NCBI GenBank assembly: GCA_053919585.1
Contig: CM132802.1
Source: Euprymna scolopes
Lineage: Eukaryota
Strand: one strand, 5' to 3'
Length of the DNA stretch: 64,000 nucleotides
Positions 51,721 to 64,000 of the stretch are shown here, one piece after another. Both the position numbers and the translations under genes were made by a program. Below the pieces are notes generated by a model. The model did no database searches. It was not told the DNA's origin and was given only the letters and a program-made list of their open reading frames with translations. How positions within the stretch are numbered: position 1 is the first letter of the stretch; each line of letters opens with the position of its first letter.

Positions 51721-53404
51721 GGTGCCCGGAAAACTCGTTCCGGGAAAACTCGTCTCGGGAAAACTCGTCTCGGGAAAACTCGTCCCCTTTCGCTAGGTAG
51801 GAAAACTGGTCCCTTATTGAATAAATATCGATTGAAAACACATTTTATGATCGTTCTTGAAGGAGAAATTGTTTTTTTTTAAATAGACTATAGCCCCCCC
51901 CATAATATTAAAAAAAAATTTTTTTTACTTGTTTGATGTTTTTTTTTTTTAAATAAAATCGATTTTCTAAGTGTCCGTTTTCTACCTAACTGGCTAAGTT
52001 CTTAGTGGTTTCACTTATTTTAAAGCGTTTATTATGTTCATAAACGAGACCGCATATTTTTTTATATTAATATAAAAAGAATTTACTTATTTACTGTTGT
52101 TATAAAAGGGTAAAATCGATTTGGGTTTGTATTACTATACACATAGATTCGAAAAATTGTCAAAAAACAAATATATAACAAATAAATGTTATCAAAGGCA
52201 AGATAAGTTACTTTCCTACCAAACTGGATATATTTTTCGTGTTTTTATTCAATGTAACATGTTTATTCAGCTCGAAAAACATACAGTGTTTACCGATGTA
52301 TTGGACAATTCAAAATAGCGGCCGACTCTCTCTTAAACACAGTAAGTTCGGGAATAGGTGTTATAAATAATAAACTAGACAAAATACTATTTAAAAAAAC
52401 ACCGAATATATGTCAACCTATGTCACGGTAATATATATTGAGCGAATTTCTAACAGTATTTTATCTAGTTTATTATTTTTCGAATCTATGTGTACAGTAA
52501 TACAAACCAAAATTTTAATATTTTTTGAAATATAATTTAGAGAGGTGTGGGGGGGGTTTATATCTCCCTCGGAAAAACAACCAACAAAAAATGAAATTAA
52601 AAAGATTCTTGATAAACGATAGCGGAGTTTTCAATAAAATTGATTAATAAATTTATTTAGTGATTACTTTTTCTCTGAATGATTGATTTTAGAATTTTGA
52701 AGTAAAAATTAAAAAAATTAAAAATGAGTTAACGAGAGATTGTTAGCACATGGCATCTCTCGCGCCAAAAAATATTTCGCTTTTGATTTATTAGTTAATT
52801 TTTGCAAAATTTGACAGGACGACAATAAATGTTGATAATTGATAGAATTATAATTTTAAATAACGCATGAGTGCATTTGGTATGAGAGAAAACGAAAACA
52901 TAAACACCAAAAAACTATCATAATTAAAAAACCAAAACAAAAAAGTAACGCTCCCAATTTTTAATTTTTTTGTTTTGTTTTTTATTATTGTTTTTATGAC
53001 TCCAAAAAACATCGTTAAAATAAGAACCAAAAAAATTGTAATTAACTTTGTATGAACATAATAAACGCTTTAAAATAAGTGAAACCACTAAGAACTTAGC
53101 CAGTTAGGTAGAAAACGGACAATCGATTTTATTTAAAAAAAACAAACAAAAAAAAAACATTAAACAAATAAAAAAAATCTTTTTAAATATTATGGGGGAG
53201 GGCTATAGTCTAATTTAAAAAGCAATATCTCCTTCAAGAACGATCATAAAATGTGTTTTCAATCGATATTTATTCAATACGGGACCAGTTTTCCTACCTA
53301 GCGAAAGGGGACGAGTTTTCCCGAGACGAGTTTTCCGGAGACGAGTTTTCCCGAGACGAGTTTTCCCGAGACGAGTTTTCCCGGGACGAGTTTTCCTAAA
53401 TTCC
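51721..53404. mobile_element. Foldback TIR element, copy 2 (chimera of copies 3 and 1)
   Basis: Left flank AGAACAAT as in copy 3; right flank TTTGGAAC as in copy 1. Confidence 0.9.
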
Positions 53405-54272
53405 TTTGGAACTCCCTTCCGAGATTCTGCTTTCCCAACTGTACTGACACGCTGAAGCTCAAGTGTAATATGAACAGACATCTGGCTAATCATCTCCCTT
53501 CAGCTGCAACTTATGTCTCCAATATTAGTCTCCTACTTCAAAGTGGCACTCTGTTTTANNNNNNNNNNNNNNNNNNNNNNNNNNNNNNNNNNNNNNNNNN
53601 NNNNNNNNNNNNNNNNNNNNNNNNNNNNNNNNNNNNNNNNNNNNNNNNNNNNNNNNNNNNNNNNNNNNNNNNNNNNNNNNNNNNNNNNNNNNNNNNTGTT
53701 GCCAAGCATTGAATAAGGTTCAACAAATGTTTCACTTTCCTAATCTTTTATTGTCATCGAAATCAGTGCATTTTTCGATTAAATCAATTGATTGTCTGCT
53801 TTAGTTGGGGATCCACAACGGTGTACCGGGTGGAAGCTTTATATACTTCCCTGCAGTGACTTTGTCTACATTTCATCTCTAGAGAACCTACTGTTTATTT
53901 TATACAATTATTTCAATATATAATGTCTTGAATTGAAGTTTAAAATGCAAATGTCAATTATCCGAGTTGAATTGTACTCTAAACAGAAACATTTATTTCG
54001 AACACGTCCCTAACATATCAAAGAACCTACTGTTAATTTTATATACCGGGCATTTTTGCTTGTGCAGTAATAAAACTTTTCAAATATACTTGTGATGTTA
54101 GACCGTATAACGTTAACTTTAGGTAAAATCGAACTACTACTTCTTTAATCAGATATTTTCTGATTATTGAAGGCTACAAAACCTATTTAAAAAAGTTCCC
54201 AGACACCTAAAGTACACTTGTGTGAAATTTCAGAAAAAATCGGCTCAGCCGTTTTGAAGTTCGTAAGAAACT

Positions 54273-54332
<60 letters not shown>

Positions 54333-54436
54333 GGGTCTTTTTGGGCGATCGAATTTCGATCCTGGCTTGAGGTAGTTGCTTGTTTAGCCGCACTGATGAG
54401 CTGTGAAACAGCGAGACACTACTGTATGTGAATGGC

Positions 54437-54477
<41 letters not shown>

Positions 54478-54845
54478 TGATGGGACGATGCCAAAATTTT
54501 TCCCGATTCCGATTCCGTTCAAAATTTCCGATTCCGATCCGATTCCCGATTCCGATTCCGATTCTTGTAAAATTTATACATATTTAATTAGAGATATTTT
54601 TTGTTTGTTTTTTCGTAAATTTTCAAATTATTACATAAACCCCTGGTTAATGTCTGCGTATATTTTATCTCAAATGTTTGCCTTGTAATTGATTAAAAAT
54701 TGTAACACAACAAAACATTTATTTTGATTTTAAAACAAAGCTATATTGTACCAGTTCGTATTTACTGTATAACATGCTACTTACATGAATAGTGGAAAAT
54801 ATTCGAAGATCGGTAGGCAAAATAAGAAAACGATGTAAGAACAAT

Positions 54846-56512
54846 GGTGCCCGGAAAACTCGTTCCGGGAAAACTCGTCTCGGGAAAACTCGTCTCGGGA
54901 AAACTCGTCCCCTTTCGCTAGGTAGGAAAACTGGTCCCTTATTGAATAAATATCGATTGAAAACACATTTTATGATCGTTCTTGAAGGAGAAATTGTTTT
55001 TTTTTAAATAGACTATAGCCCCCCCCATAATATTAAAAAAAAATTTTTTTTACTTGTTTGATGTTTTTTTTTTTTTAAATAAAATCGATTTTCTAAGTGT
55101 CCGTTTTCTACCTAACTGGCTAAGTTCTTAGTGGTTTCACTTATTTTAAAGCGTTTATTATGTTCATAAACGAGACCGCATATTTTTTTATATTAATATA
55201 AAAAGAATTTACTTATTTACTGTTGTTATAAAAGGGTAAAATCGATTTGGGTTTGTATTACTATACACATAGATTCGAAAAATTGTCAAAAAACAAATAT
55301 ATAACAAATAAATGTTATCAAAGGCAAGATAAGTTACTTTCCTACCAAACTGGATATATTTTTCGTGTTTTTATTCAATGTAACATGTTTATTCAGCTCG
55401 AAAAACATACAGTGTTTACCGATGTATTGGACAATTCAAAATAGCGGCCGACTCTCTCTTAAACACAGTAAGTTCGGGAATAGGTGTTATAAATAATAAA
55501 CTAGACAAAATACTATTTAAAAAAACACCGAATATATGTCAACCTATGTCACGGTAATATATATTGAGCGAATTTCTAACAGTATTTTATCTAGTTTATT
55601 ATTTTTCGAATCTATGTGTACAGTAATACAAACCAAAATTTTAATATTTTTTGAAATATAATTTAGAGAGGTGTGGGGGGGGTTTATATCTCCCTCGGAA
55701 AAACAACCAACAAAAAATGAAATTAAAAAGATTCTTGATAAACGATAGCGGAGTTTTCAATAAAATTGATTAATAAATTTATTTAGTGATTACTTTTTCT
55801 CTGAATGATTGATTTTAGAATTTTGAAGTAAAAATTAAAAAAATTAAAAATGAGTTAACGAGAGATTGTTAGCACATGGCATCTCTCGCGCCAAAAAATA
55901 TTTCGCTTTTGATTTATTAGTTAATTTTTGCAAAATTTGACAGGACGACAATAAATGTTGATAATTGATAGAATTATAATTTTAAATAACGCATGAGTGC
56001 ATTTGGTATGAGAGAAAACGAAAACATAAACACCAAAAAACTATCATAATTAAAAAACCAAAACAAAAAAGTAACGCTCCCAATTTTTAATTTTTTTGTT
56101 TTGTTTTTTGTATTATTGTTTTTATGTCTCCAAACACATCGTTAAAATAAGAACCAAAAAAATTGTAATTAACTTTGTATGAACATAATAAACGCTTTAA
56201 AATAAGTGAAACCACTAAGAACTTAGCCAGTTAGGTAGACCAAAAAAAAAAAACACAAACAAACATTAAACAAATAAAAATATTTTTTAAAAATATTATG
56301 GGGTTATAGGGCTATAGTCTATTTTAAAAATAATATCTCCTTCAAGAACGATCATAAAATGTGTTTTCAATCGATATTTATTCAATACGGGACTAGTTTT
56401 CCTACCTAGCGAAAGGGGACGAGTTTTCCCGAGACGAGTTTTCCGGAGACGAGTTTTCCCGAGACGAGTTTTCCCGAGACGAGTTTTCCCGGGACGAGTT
56501 TTCCTAAATTCC
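54846..56512. mobile_element. Foldback TIR element, copy 3
   Basis: Same termini as copy 1; degenerate TSD AGAACAAT / TGAAAAAT (6/8). Confidence 0.9.
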
Positions 56513-56845
56513 TGAAAAATATGTCAATTTTGTCTATTTAGAGTCATTTTGAGGTATTTTTTTTTTACCTCTTTTGCCCCCATGGGGGAGCTGATTACTT
56601 GTAAAAATGGACAAACGGCTATGTTTCAGGCCTTAAGACATGTAAATTTGAGTTCAGCACCATAAAAAAAAAAACACTAAATAGAGATACAATTAGACAA
56701 ATATGAAAAAGAGAGCCTAAAAAAGGGGTGGTTGGCCTTTGATTTAATTTGAAATATGCTTCCAGTGTGATTTTCTTTGATTCTGCCGGTATTGTTTATG
56801 TTTATACTTAAGGATTGCTACGACGGCGCCAATGCCGTCTGAAGC

Positions 56846-56881
56846 CGAGGCCTCCGTGAGATATATATCACGGAGGCCTCG
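56846..56881. mobile_element. 36-bp palindromic insertion flanked by a 7-bp direct repeat
   Basis: CTGAAGC|CGAGGCCTCCGTGA-GATATATA-TCACGGAGGCCTCG|CTGAAGC. Confidence 0.7.
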
Positions 56882-57375
56882 CTGAAGCCCGCCAATCTCA
56901 CTCAAAAGTTGAGTTGAAAGTATTATGGGGTAATTAACACCTTCGATGCCGTTGGTTTCGACAACAATACTTTTTCACACCCACTTGCCAAATTTCTCAA
57001 GGAGTTTAATATGAAAAGATTTCAAACGAATAGAGTTTTATTTTATTTTCCTGGAGCCACATTGTCTGACACCGTCGCATTTTTCTCGGGTTTCGGAAAA
57101 GTTAAAAATATACATGAATATCTCACAATGAATTTATCAAAGTCTGAATAAAATAGATAAAGAGAAAACATTTAGAAATTTTTCAGATTGAAAAAGAAAT
57201 TATATTTACATTTAAAAGTCCCCCCTCATTGAAATTCTACTTTTGGACGATATTTGTAAACCCACTAAAAACCAAATTATTTTTAGATCTAGGATGACGC
57301 TCTAAACTGTCTTCACGTATTAAAAAAGGGTGCTTGTGCAGTTTACACTATGTTAAAAAACGAAAAAAAAAATAT

Positions 57376-57585
57376 TCTACGTACTCGTTATGGAATGAAG
57401 TTCTCATAAAAAAATCACGTAATTTCATCAAATAGTTTTTATTTTATGCCGTAAAAACGATTTGGGAAATTCGGAATCTTCCTAAAAAAATTGCGATAAT
57501 TAGTCAAGGGAGCGTAAAACAAAAACTATTTAATGAAATTACGTGATTTTGTTATGAGAACTTCATTCTATAACGAGTACGTAGA
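57376..57585. repeat. ~65-bp inverted repeat pair
   Basis: TCTACGTACTCGTTATGGAATGAAGTTCTCATAA... is mirrored by ...TTATGAGAACTTCATTCTATAACGAGTACGTAGA. Confidence 0.8.
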
Positions 57586-57820
57586 TCTATAGAGTTTAGT
57601 TTTACTAATAGTTTAAAAGAAATAAATATTTATAATCGGTACAAGCAATTGAAAATTAACTTTTGAAAAATATTCAAAGAATCGATTTTGGAATCGGAAA
57701 TTATACACAAATTTTTCCGATTCCGATGCCGATTCCGATTCCCCGAAAATTACCGATTTAACCGATTCCCGATTCCGATTCCGATTCATCGGCACAACAC
57801 TAATATATATATATAAATAC

Positions 57821-57881
<61 letters not shown>

Positions 57882-58605
57882 AGGGCAAAAATTAATTGCC
57901 TAAGCAGAACAGTTTCACACATTTTTATAAACCTAATAAATAGATCAAATTTAATTAAAATTTACAATATTTGGGCTTTAAAATAATAGTTTGTGCTTAT
58001 ATAATGTTCCATTAAAATCCTTAAAAATAATCTAAAGAAACTGAAAATTAAGGCAATATTTATAAATTGATGTTTAGTACCTAAATCGTATAATGATTAA
58101 TTAAATTAGAGCAAGGATTCTAGACATAAGTTTTAGTAGTATTATATCTTGATTTTAATATTCGTAAAAGTGGTTGGAGGAATTAATTTGACCCATCCTT
58201 CGAGGGTATTCTAGTTTTATATAAATAGAGATATGTTTTTTATAGATAGAGAGTGTGTGTGTGTGGGGGGGGCGGGGAGTAAATATGGGATCAGAGGATC
58301 ACGCTAGATAAAGAAAGAAAAGAGTGAAATATGGAGGGGGTGAAAAAGTAGAAAATGAATAAACAAAAGTGAGGGAGAGATAGTGTGTGTGCGTGTGCGT
58401 GTGTGTGTGTGTGTGTGTACGAAACAAACAGTGCGAAAAATGTGAACACTATCTGAGTGAGAATCAAGCCTATAACATAGCTGACGTGTTTGTTCAGCTC
58501 TCGATGCTAACCGTCCCCGATCCTCAACAGTGTTGACCTTGCCTAATGCATATGACAAGCATATGCCGGCTACTTCATTGTCGCAGTAATACGTGCAGCT
58601 GACAG

Positions 58606-58760
58606 CACATTTGTGAAAATATAACACGCACACATTTGTGAAAATATAACACGCACACATTTGTGAAAATATAACACGCACACATTTGTGAAAATATAAC
58701 ACGCACACATTTGTGAAAATATAACACGCACACATTTGCGAAAATATAACACGCACACAC
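58606..58760. repeat. 25-bp minisatellite, ~6 copies
   Basis: Unit CACATTTGTGAAAATATAACACGCA. Confidence 0.95.
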
Positions 58761-60682
58761 GGAGACACACCAGCAACCATGCTACAGATTATCAATCTTA
58801 TTTGCAGGGAGCTACTTCACTTGTGAATACACCACGTGTCTTGTTATTGTTCACGATTTAAGTAGGATGAGTATTATCAGATCAGCACAACTGCTCTTTA
58901 CCGAAAACGATCTGATAACAAATATTCAAATAATCACATACAATCATCCGCCTTGTAACCTTTTAACCCTCGGTCCCAAACTCAACACAAATTAGTCCAT
59001 TCCTGTAATGACATGTTCCCTGTAGATTGCGGTGTAATGCTGGTACTGTGCAGTTCTAGGAGGTCCACCCTCTCAGGTTTTGCCTTCTGTCTTTGAGAAG
59101 AGGTTAGCTTATTGCTAATCGCCTGAGGCGACAATTTAAGAGAATATCGACAGGGCTGGTCAGAGCAGCAGAGTTAGAGCGCCCCCTCTCCTAGGCACTG
59201 ATTTTTTAATCGCATTTTCCGACTCTAGTGTCATATTTCTCACAGTGGGAGAAAAATAAATACGAACCACATACAATCGTCTTTTAATCAATCTTCATAG
59301 GCTTTCTCTGATTGTTACTGAAGGCTCGACATAAGTTTTTTTTTTTCAAATCTCTATTTATATGCCTCCCTCTCATGGCAAAACCAAGTCAGCGTTAAAC
59401 ACAAGTTGTTTGTTTTTAAATGAGGGATGTCTACACACAAATACGTAATGTCTATTTAAATTAGACAAAAATAAAAATTGCTCCGGTCAAGATTGATTTC
59501 TCTTTCTCTGACAGATGTTACATTTGACCTCAGCCTAAGGTATTTAAGCATCCTTCTAATCTATAATAATATAAAACTCAAATCATCTTGCTTGAGCGTT
59601 GAAACCGCCCACCCACTTCCGCTTTACAAGTTCCGGTGTACAACTTCTTGTTTCGAAAATTCTGCATAAATAAATAAAACAAGGCCATAAAGCCTTTTTT
59701 TTTTTTTTTTAATAAAATCAACAATTTACAGAATCGTCTTATTTTTTATTTTATTTTATTTATTTGTTTATTTTTTTTATAGATGGGCAAGATTGGAGAT
59801 TGAGTGGCAAAATACTCTCTATCACATAAAAGGAACCAAATTCCCCTAATCACCATTATTTTACTATGCAAAGAATATGTAAACAATAGTATCGCTATTT
59901 CAGAAGTTAACAGTTTTAAACAAGCAAAACTTCTTTTTCAAAAATAAACAATATAAACAGAACTTTAAAAAATAATAAACACTTTTTATTTATTTTAAAC
60001 AATATATGCAGAACTGTTTTTACATTTTAAATAATATAAACCTTTTTTTAATATTTAACAATATAAATAGGAATTTTTGGAAAACAAATATTGCTCACAA
60101 ATGATTTTCTTCGCCACATGAATTCCATCATATACATTCTAAAAGTTTCTGTTTCCAACCTTTCTCATTTTTTTTTTTTACAATGTGACCATAAACCTTC
60201 TATGATTTGCGTGTGTATCGAGAGGTCAATGGGGCCAACAAAGTTTTCTTAATGAATACTTCGTCATGCTGAAACTTTCCATGCTCGAAATGGTCCAGAC
60301 TTTTATAGACTGTCCATCCATCCAATAAAATTCATATCTCTGGTAGGATCTACGAATTAATTATTGGGAATAGCGTGTCCCAATGTCTGCTGTCAACTCT
60401 GGTAATATCACACAGGCTCGATAGATTGACGGCCTATAAAGGTCTTTCCCAGTTCAATCATTGAAACTATCAGCATACGCCACTTTTTTTTTTGGAGCAC
60501 GCACTTGTGCGAACAACAATTACTGCCACTTTTAGCATAATTAATTACATTGCTTAATATCCGGAAAACTACTTACTTGCGGAAAATTAAATGCGATATT
60601 CGTTTTCAGCATACCCGAAAACTTTAGAAGGTCATTATTTTAAAGGAAATTGCTGAGGTGGAAACCAAGTAAAAATTTACCG

Positions 60683-61276
60683 AAGTTTCATTCAAACGCT
60701 TTTTATTCGAACTTTTATAACAAAATTATAACCTTTCTAATAAAACATGTGTTTATGAACTGTTTTTTTTTAATCAAAAAACATGTGTTAGTATTTCTTT
60801 TCTTACACCAAACATAAAATAAAACTGTTATAAAAATATTTATGACTTTCTAACGAGATTTGTTTAAAAATATTTATGGACTGTTATTTTTAAATATATT
60901 TATGAACTATTTTTTGTTTGATTAAAAAACAGCTCATAAAAATATTATTGGAAAAAAAAGAAGTTCATTAATATATTAAAAAAATAGTTCATAAATATTT
61001 ATGAACTATTTTTTGTTTGATTAAAAAACAGCTCATAAAAATATTATTGGAAAAAAAAGAAGTTCATTAATATATTAAAAAAAAAAAGAAGTTCATTAAT
61101 ATTTTAAAAAATAGTTCATAAATATTTTTTATAACAGTTCTATTTTTATGTTTGATATGAAAAAATACCAACACTTGATGTTTGATAAAAACAAGACAGT
61201 TCATAAACATATTTTTATTAGAAAGGTTATAATTTTCTTATAAAAGTTCAAAGAAAGATTGTTTGAATAAAACTTC
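60683..61276. mobile_element. Old AT-rich foldback/MITE with ~160-bp imperfect inverted arms
   Basis: GAACTTTTATAA.AAAATTATAACCTTTCTAATAAAA is mirrored at ~61213-61250; internal ~100-bp tandem duplication. Confidence 0.65.
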
Positions 61277-61772
61277 TATTTTTATATTTGCTTTAAAAAT
61301 TTTGCATTATATACAGCGTTGTTTATCTATACCTTAAAATTTGTTTGACGTCACTTCCGTCGAATAGTTTTGTAAATAAAGAATTCCGACTCTTAAGGAA
61401 TGCTGCCGTACTTATAAAGTAATGTGGTATTGCAATGATTAATCTGTATTAATTCTTAATTGTGTATCCAACGGATACCATAATACTTAGTTCGCTGCAT
61501 CTTATCATAACAAATGAAACGATATACTTTCATGCAAATGTTTCTGTTATTTAACAAAAAATATAGATATTCTTGATCCATGTATGTAATTGTAAAACAT
61601 ATTTTCTTTCCGTCACGAGTATCATGTTTATACATTAATTCTATATACTCACTATTCCATAGCTAGCTATAACAATACTGCCCCAATAATAATATATAAA
61701 ACTAACACATACACTAATCTTTTGAGCTTTTAAAAGTTGAACTCAAATAGCATTTAAGCTGATATATCAAAC

Positions 61773-62464
61773 TTTGATGTTGATTAGCTAATTTTCATTT
61801 GTTATTGTTGCACCAGTAATATTAAAATAACATACTTCGCTCCAGTTTATTTTAAAATTATTTGATATGATTATTTGATGTTGACTAGCCAATTTTCATT
61901 TGTTATTGTTGCACCAGTAATATTAAAATAACATACTTCGCTCCAGTTTATTTTAAAATTATTTGATATGATTATTTGATGTTGACTAGCCAATTTTCAT
62001 TTGTTATTGTTGCACCAGTAATATTAAAATAACATACTTCGCTCCAGTTTATTTTAAAATTATTTGATATGATTATTTGATGTTGACTAGCCAATTTTCA
62101 TTTGTTATTGTTGCACCAGTAATATTAAAATAACATACTTCGCTCCAGTTTATTTTAAAATTATTTGATATGATTATTTGATGTTGACTAGCCAATTTTC
62201 ATTTGTTATTGTTGCACCAGTAATATTAAAATAACATACTTCGCTCCAGTTTATTTTAAAATTATTTGATATGATTATTTGATGTTGACTAGCCAATTTT
62301 CATTTGTTATTGTTGCACCAGTAATATTAAAATAACATACTTCGCTCCAGTTTATTTTAAAATTATTTGATATGATTATTTGATGTTGACTAGCCAATTT
62401 TCATTTGTTATTGTTGCACCAGTAATATTAAAATAACATACTTCGCTCCAGTTTATTTTAAAAT
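61773..62464. repeat. 101-bp tandem repeat, ~6.8 near-identical copies
   Basis: GTTGACTAGC recurs at 61880, 61981, 62082, 62183, 62284 and 62385. Confidence 0.97.
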
Positions 62465-62765
62465 CATGCAATCCCACGAGGACGAGTGTGAGCATAAAAA
62501 CACTTTTCAATTAAACGGAAAAATTGAAATCAACAATCATATTTTTAACTGAAGTATATAAAATGTCTCCCTAGCCANNNNNNNNNNNNNNNNNNNNNNN
62601 NNNNNNNNNNNNNNNNNNNNNNNNNNNNNNNNNNNNNNNNNNNNNNNNNNNNNNNNNNNNNNNNNNNNNNNNNNNNNNNNNNNNNNNNNNNNNNNNNNNN
62701 NNNNNNNNNNNNNNNNNNNNNNNNNNNNNNNNNNNNNNNNNTTGCAAATCAAAAAATCTCCTTAC

Positions 62766-62936
62766 CTTTTTCTCCTCATATCTCAGCGCCATTTTGAGCC
62801 TCGCTAGCGGATCCCTAAAACTGAAGTCACCCCAGCCGCCACTGAGCACCGCTTCTACCTCTTGAGTGCCGCGGCATAAGTCCATTAACTCACAGGCAAA
62901 ATCCATGCATTGCTCAACCAAACCCAAATATTCGTT
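62766..62936 (-). CDS. TRPC channel exon B (linker helices)
   Basis: ttttcag|NEYLGLVEQCMDFACELMDLCRG...LARLKMALRYEEKK|gtaag; 171 nt, phase 0-0. Confidence 0.95.
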
Positions 62937-63054
62937 CTGAAAATATATCAATCATATTCAATGATAAATCTATAGATGGACAAGACGATGGCAATGAATA
63001 TTATGAATTGAAACGAATAAAATTTGGTGGCTGATGAAGACGGTTTATGACGTC

Positions 63055-63380
63055 TATATTGATATTGGATTTGAAGAGTGCCCTGTTATAGTGGGTAGGA
63101 AAGTAATATTGTAGCAACGTGTTCCACAGATGGGAAGTCCTGGAAAGAAATTCTGTTCATAGAAATAGAAATTCTGTTTAATGGAAGAAAAAGATTTTTT
63201 TTCCAGTGTGGTAAAAATAAATTCTTGCTGTGAATATCTCAATAGGCAAAATACAGAGATTGAAGGTTAGTTGAGCAGCCTGAACATATGAAGACTAACA
63301 ACGTCCCTTCCTTTAGAAAATGGTTGGGGACTTAAGGAAGAGAAAGAATCATCTTTGCTCATCAAATTGAAGACGTTTAT
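63055..63380 (-). mobile_element. CR1/L2-type LINE 3' fragment
   Basis: FFP.TSHLWN...FKSNIN-like C-terminus homologous to 9880-9975. Confidence 0.55.
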
Positions 63381-63836
63381 TATATGGTTTATATAGCCGG
63401 CGTTTTGTTTTGTTTTTCGTTTTTTTTACTCATCGTCTTTTTTTCATCAAATTATTATTTTTTTGTTTTTAATGAAATTTTGAAAGTTAACTTTAATCAA
63501 GGACAATAAATATTCATAAAATAATTAACTTTCTTACGATTTAAAGATGTCTGATTTATTTCCAAACAAAAAAGATAAGTTCAGAGATTCTTTTTTTGTT
63601 GTTGGGTAGGGATAAATTATTACTTACATTAAAGAAAATTCTGCAGTAATTTAGCGCTTTCGTTTCTCGCAAGTTTGGTGAATCTTGGGAGGATAATGCG
63701 GATAAAACATTAACAAACGCACAGACACAGAAGATGTTTTTGTTAGTTTTTTTTTATAATTTGTCATTAAACAATAGTATTCAAATGAATGGTCCTTTTT
63801 TTGTTTTTTTTCTTTTTAAATATATCAGTTACTTAC

Positions 63837-64000
63837 CTTGAACTCTTTTTCGACTTCTGCAAGTTTCTGCATTTCTTGTCTTAGTTCAAAAGTGGTCATG
63901 ATGGGGTCTGGACTGGAAAGTGCCATGTAGGCCGGACTGGCGAGGGCTCGGTATGCGTTCAGCCGGGAACGAGATCGTTTCAGCGAGTCATAGTTCTGCT
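63837..64000 (-). CDS. TRPC-family cation channel, exon A (5' partial, runs off the window)
   Basis: Manual translation [54 protein letters not shown] matches the TRPC motif DSL..SRSRLN.Y.ALASP..LSS.DP...EFK. Donor AAG|gtaagt, phase 0. Not in the ORF track. Confidence 0.95.

Larger units (their letters stand above)
50282..56512. repeat. ~3.1-kb near-identical tandem duplication
   Basis: Offset 3125 bp (51721->54846); a few SNPs and microsatellite length differences; N gap at 53559-53695. Confidence 0.93.
54475..57802. mobile_element. Non-autonomous hAT-like element (left end duplicated at 51350)
   Basis: TIRs TAGTGATGGGACGATG / CATCGGCACAACACTA; subterminal (CCGATT)n at both ends; ATATATAT on both sides; contains foldback copy 3. 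Confidence 0.75.

Noticed and set aside
48445-55444. Recurrent short ORFs with DEFSR / KTRLG / DSD repeats
   Set aside because: Translations of MITE and hAT subterminal repeats.
58304-58795. 163-aa Cys-rich ORF
   Set aside because: Built from a 25-bp minisatellite and a (CA)n tract.
63031-63055. CTGATGA followed by AGACG/CGTCT stem
   Set aside because: No GAAA or stem III follows, so it cannot be called a hammerhead.

Overview
AT-rich, repeat-dense animal genomic DNA with three N gaps. It is probably a mollusc or cephalopod, judging from recalled SINE and LINE sequences; this is inference only. The window is the middle of one minus-strand TRPC-family cation channel gene. Seven GT-AG exons with consistent phases (63837-64000 partial, 62766-62936, 38823-38990, 37669-37930, 30491-30647, 14127-14251, 942-1126) splice into one open frame from the N-terminal linker domain through S1-S4 into S5. 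Two of these exons are missing from the ORF track. The introns hold decayed transposons: CR1/L2-type, RTE and Dong/R4-like LINEs, Gypsy gag/pol, a Penelope GIY-YIG fragment, Tc1, hAT-like and foldback MITEs. They also hold several minisatellites. The ~900-aa ORFs at 33-36 kb are artefacts of a 23-bp minisatellite. The most notable items are: (1) a tRNA-SINE-like element carrying a type I hammerhead ribozyme with an intact core (46168-46226), with decayed relatives; (2) a composite satellite that has amplified a LINE endonuclease fragment three times; (3) a 3.1-kb duplication with a mappable MITE-MITE crossover; (4) a three-level LINE>LINE>Tc1 nest with both TSDs visible; (5) a 36-bp palindromic insertion with a 7-bp direct repeat. 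No prokaryotic-type system (CRISPR, operon) is present.
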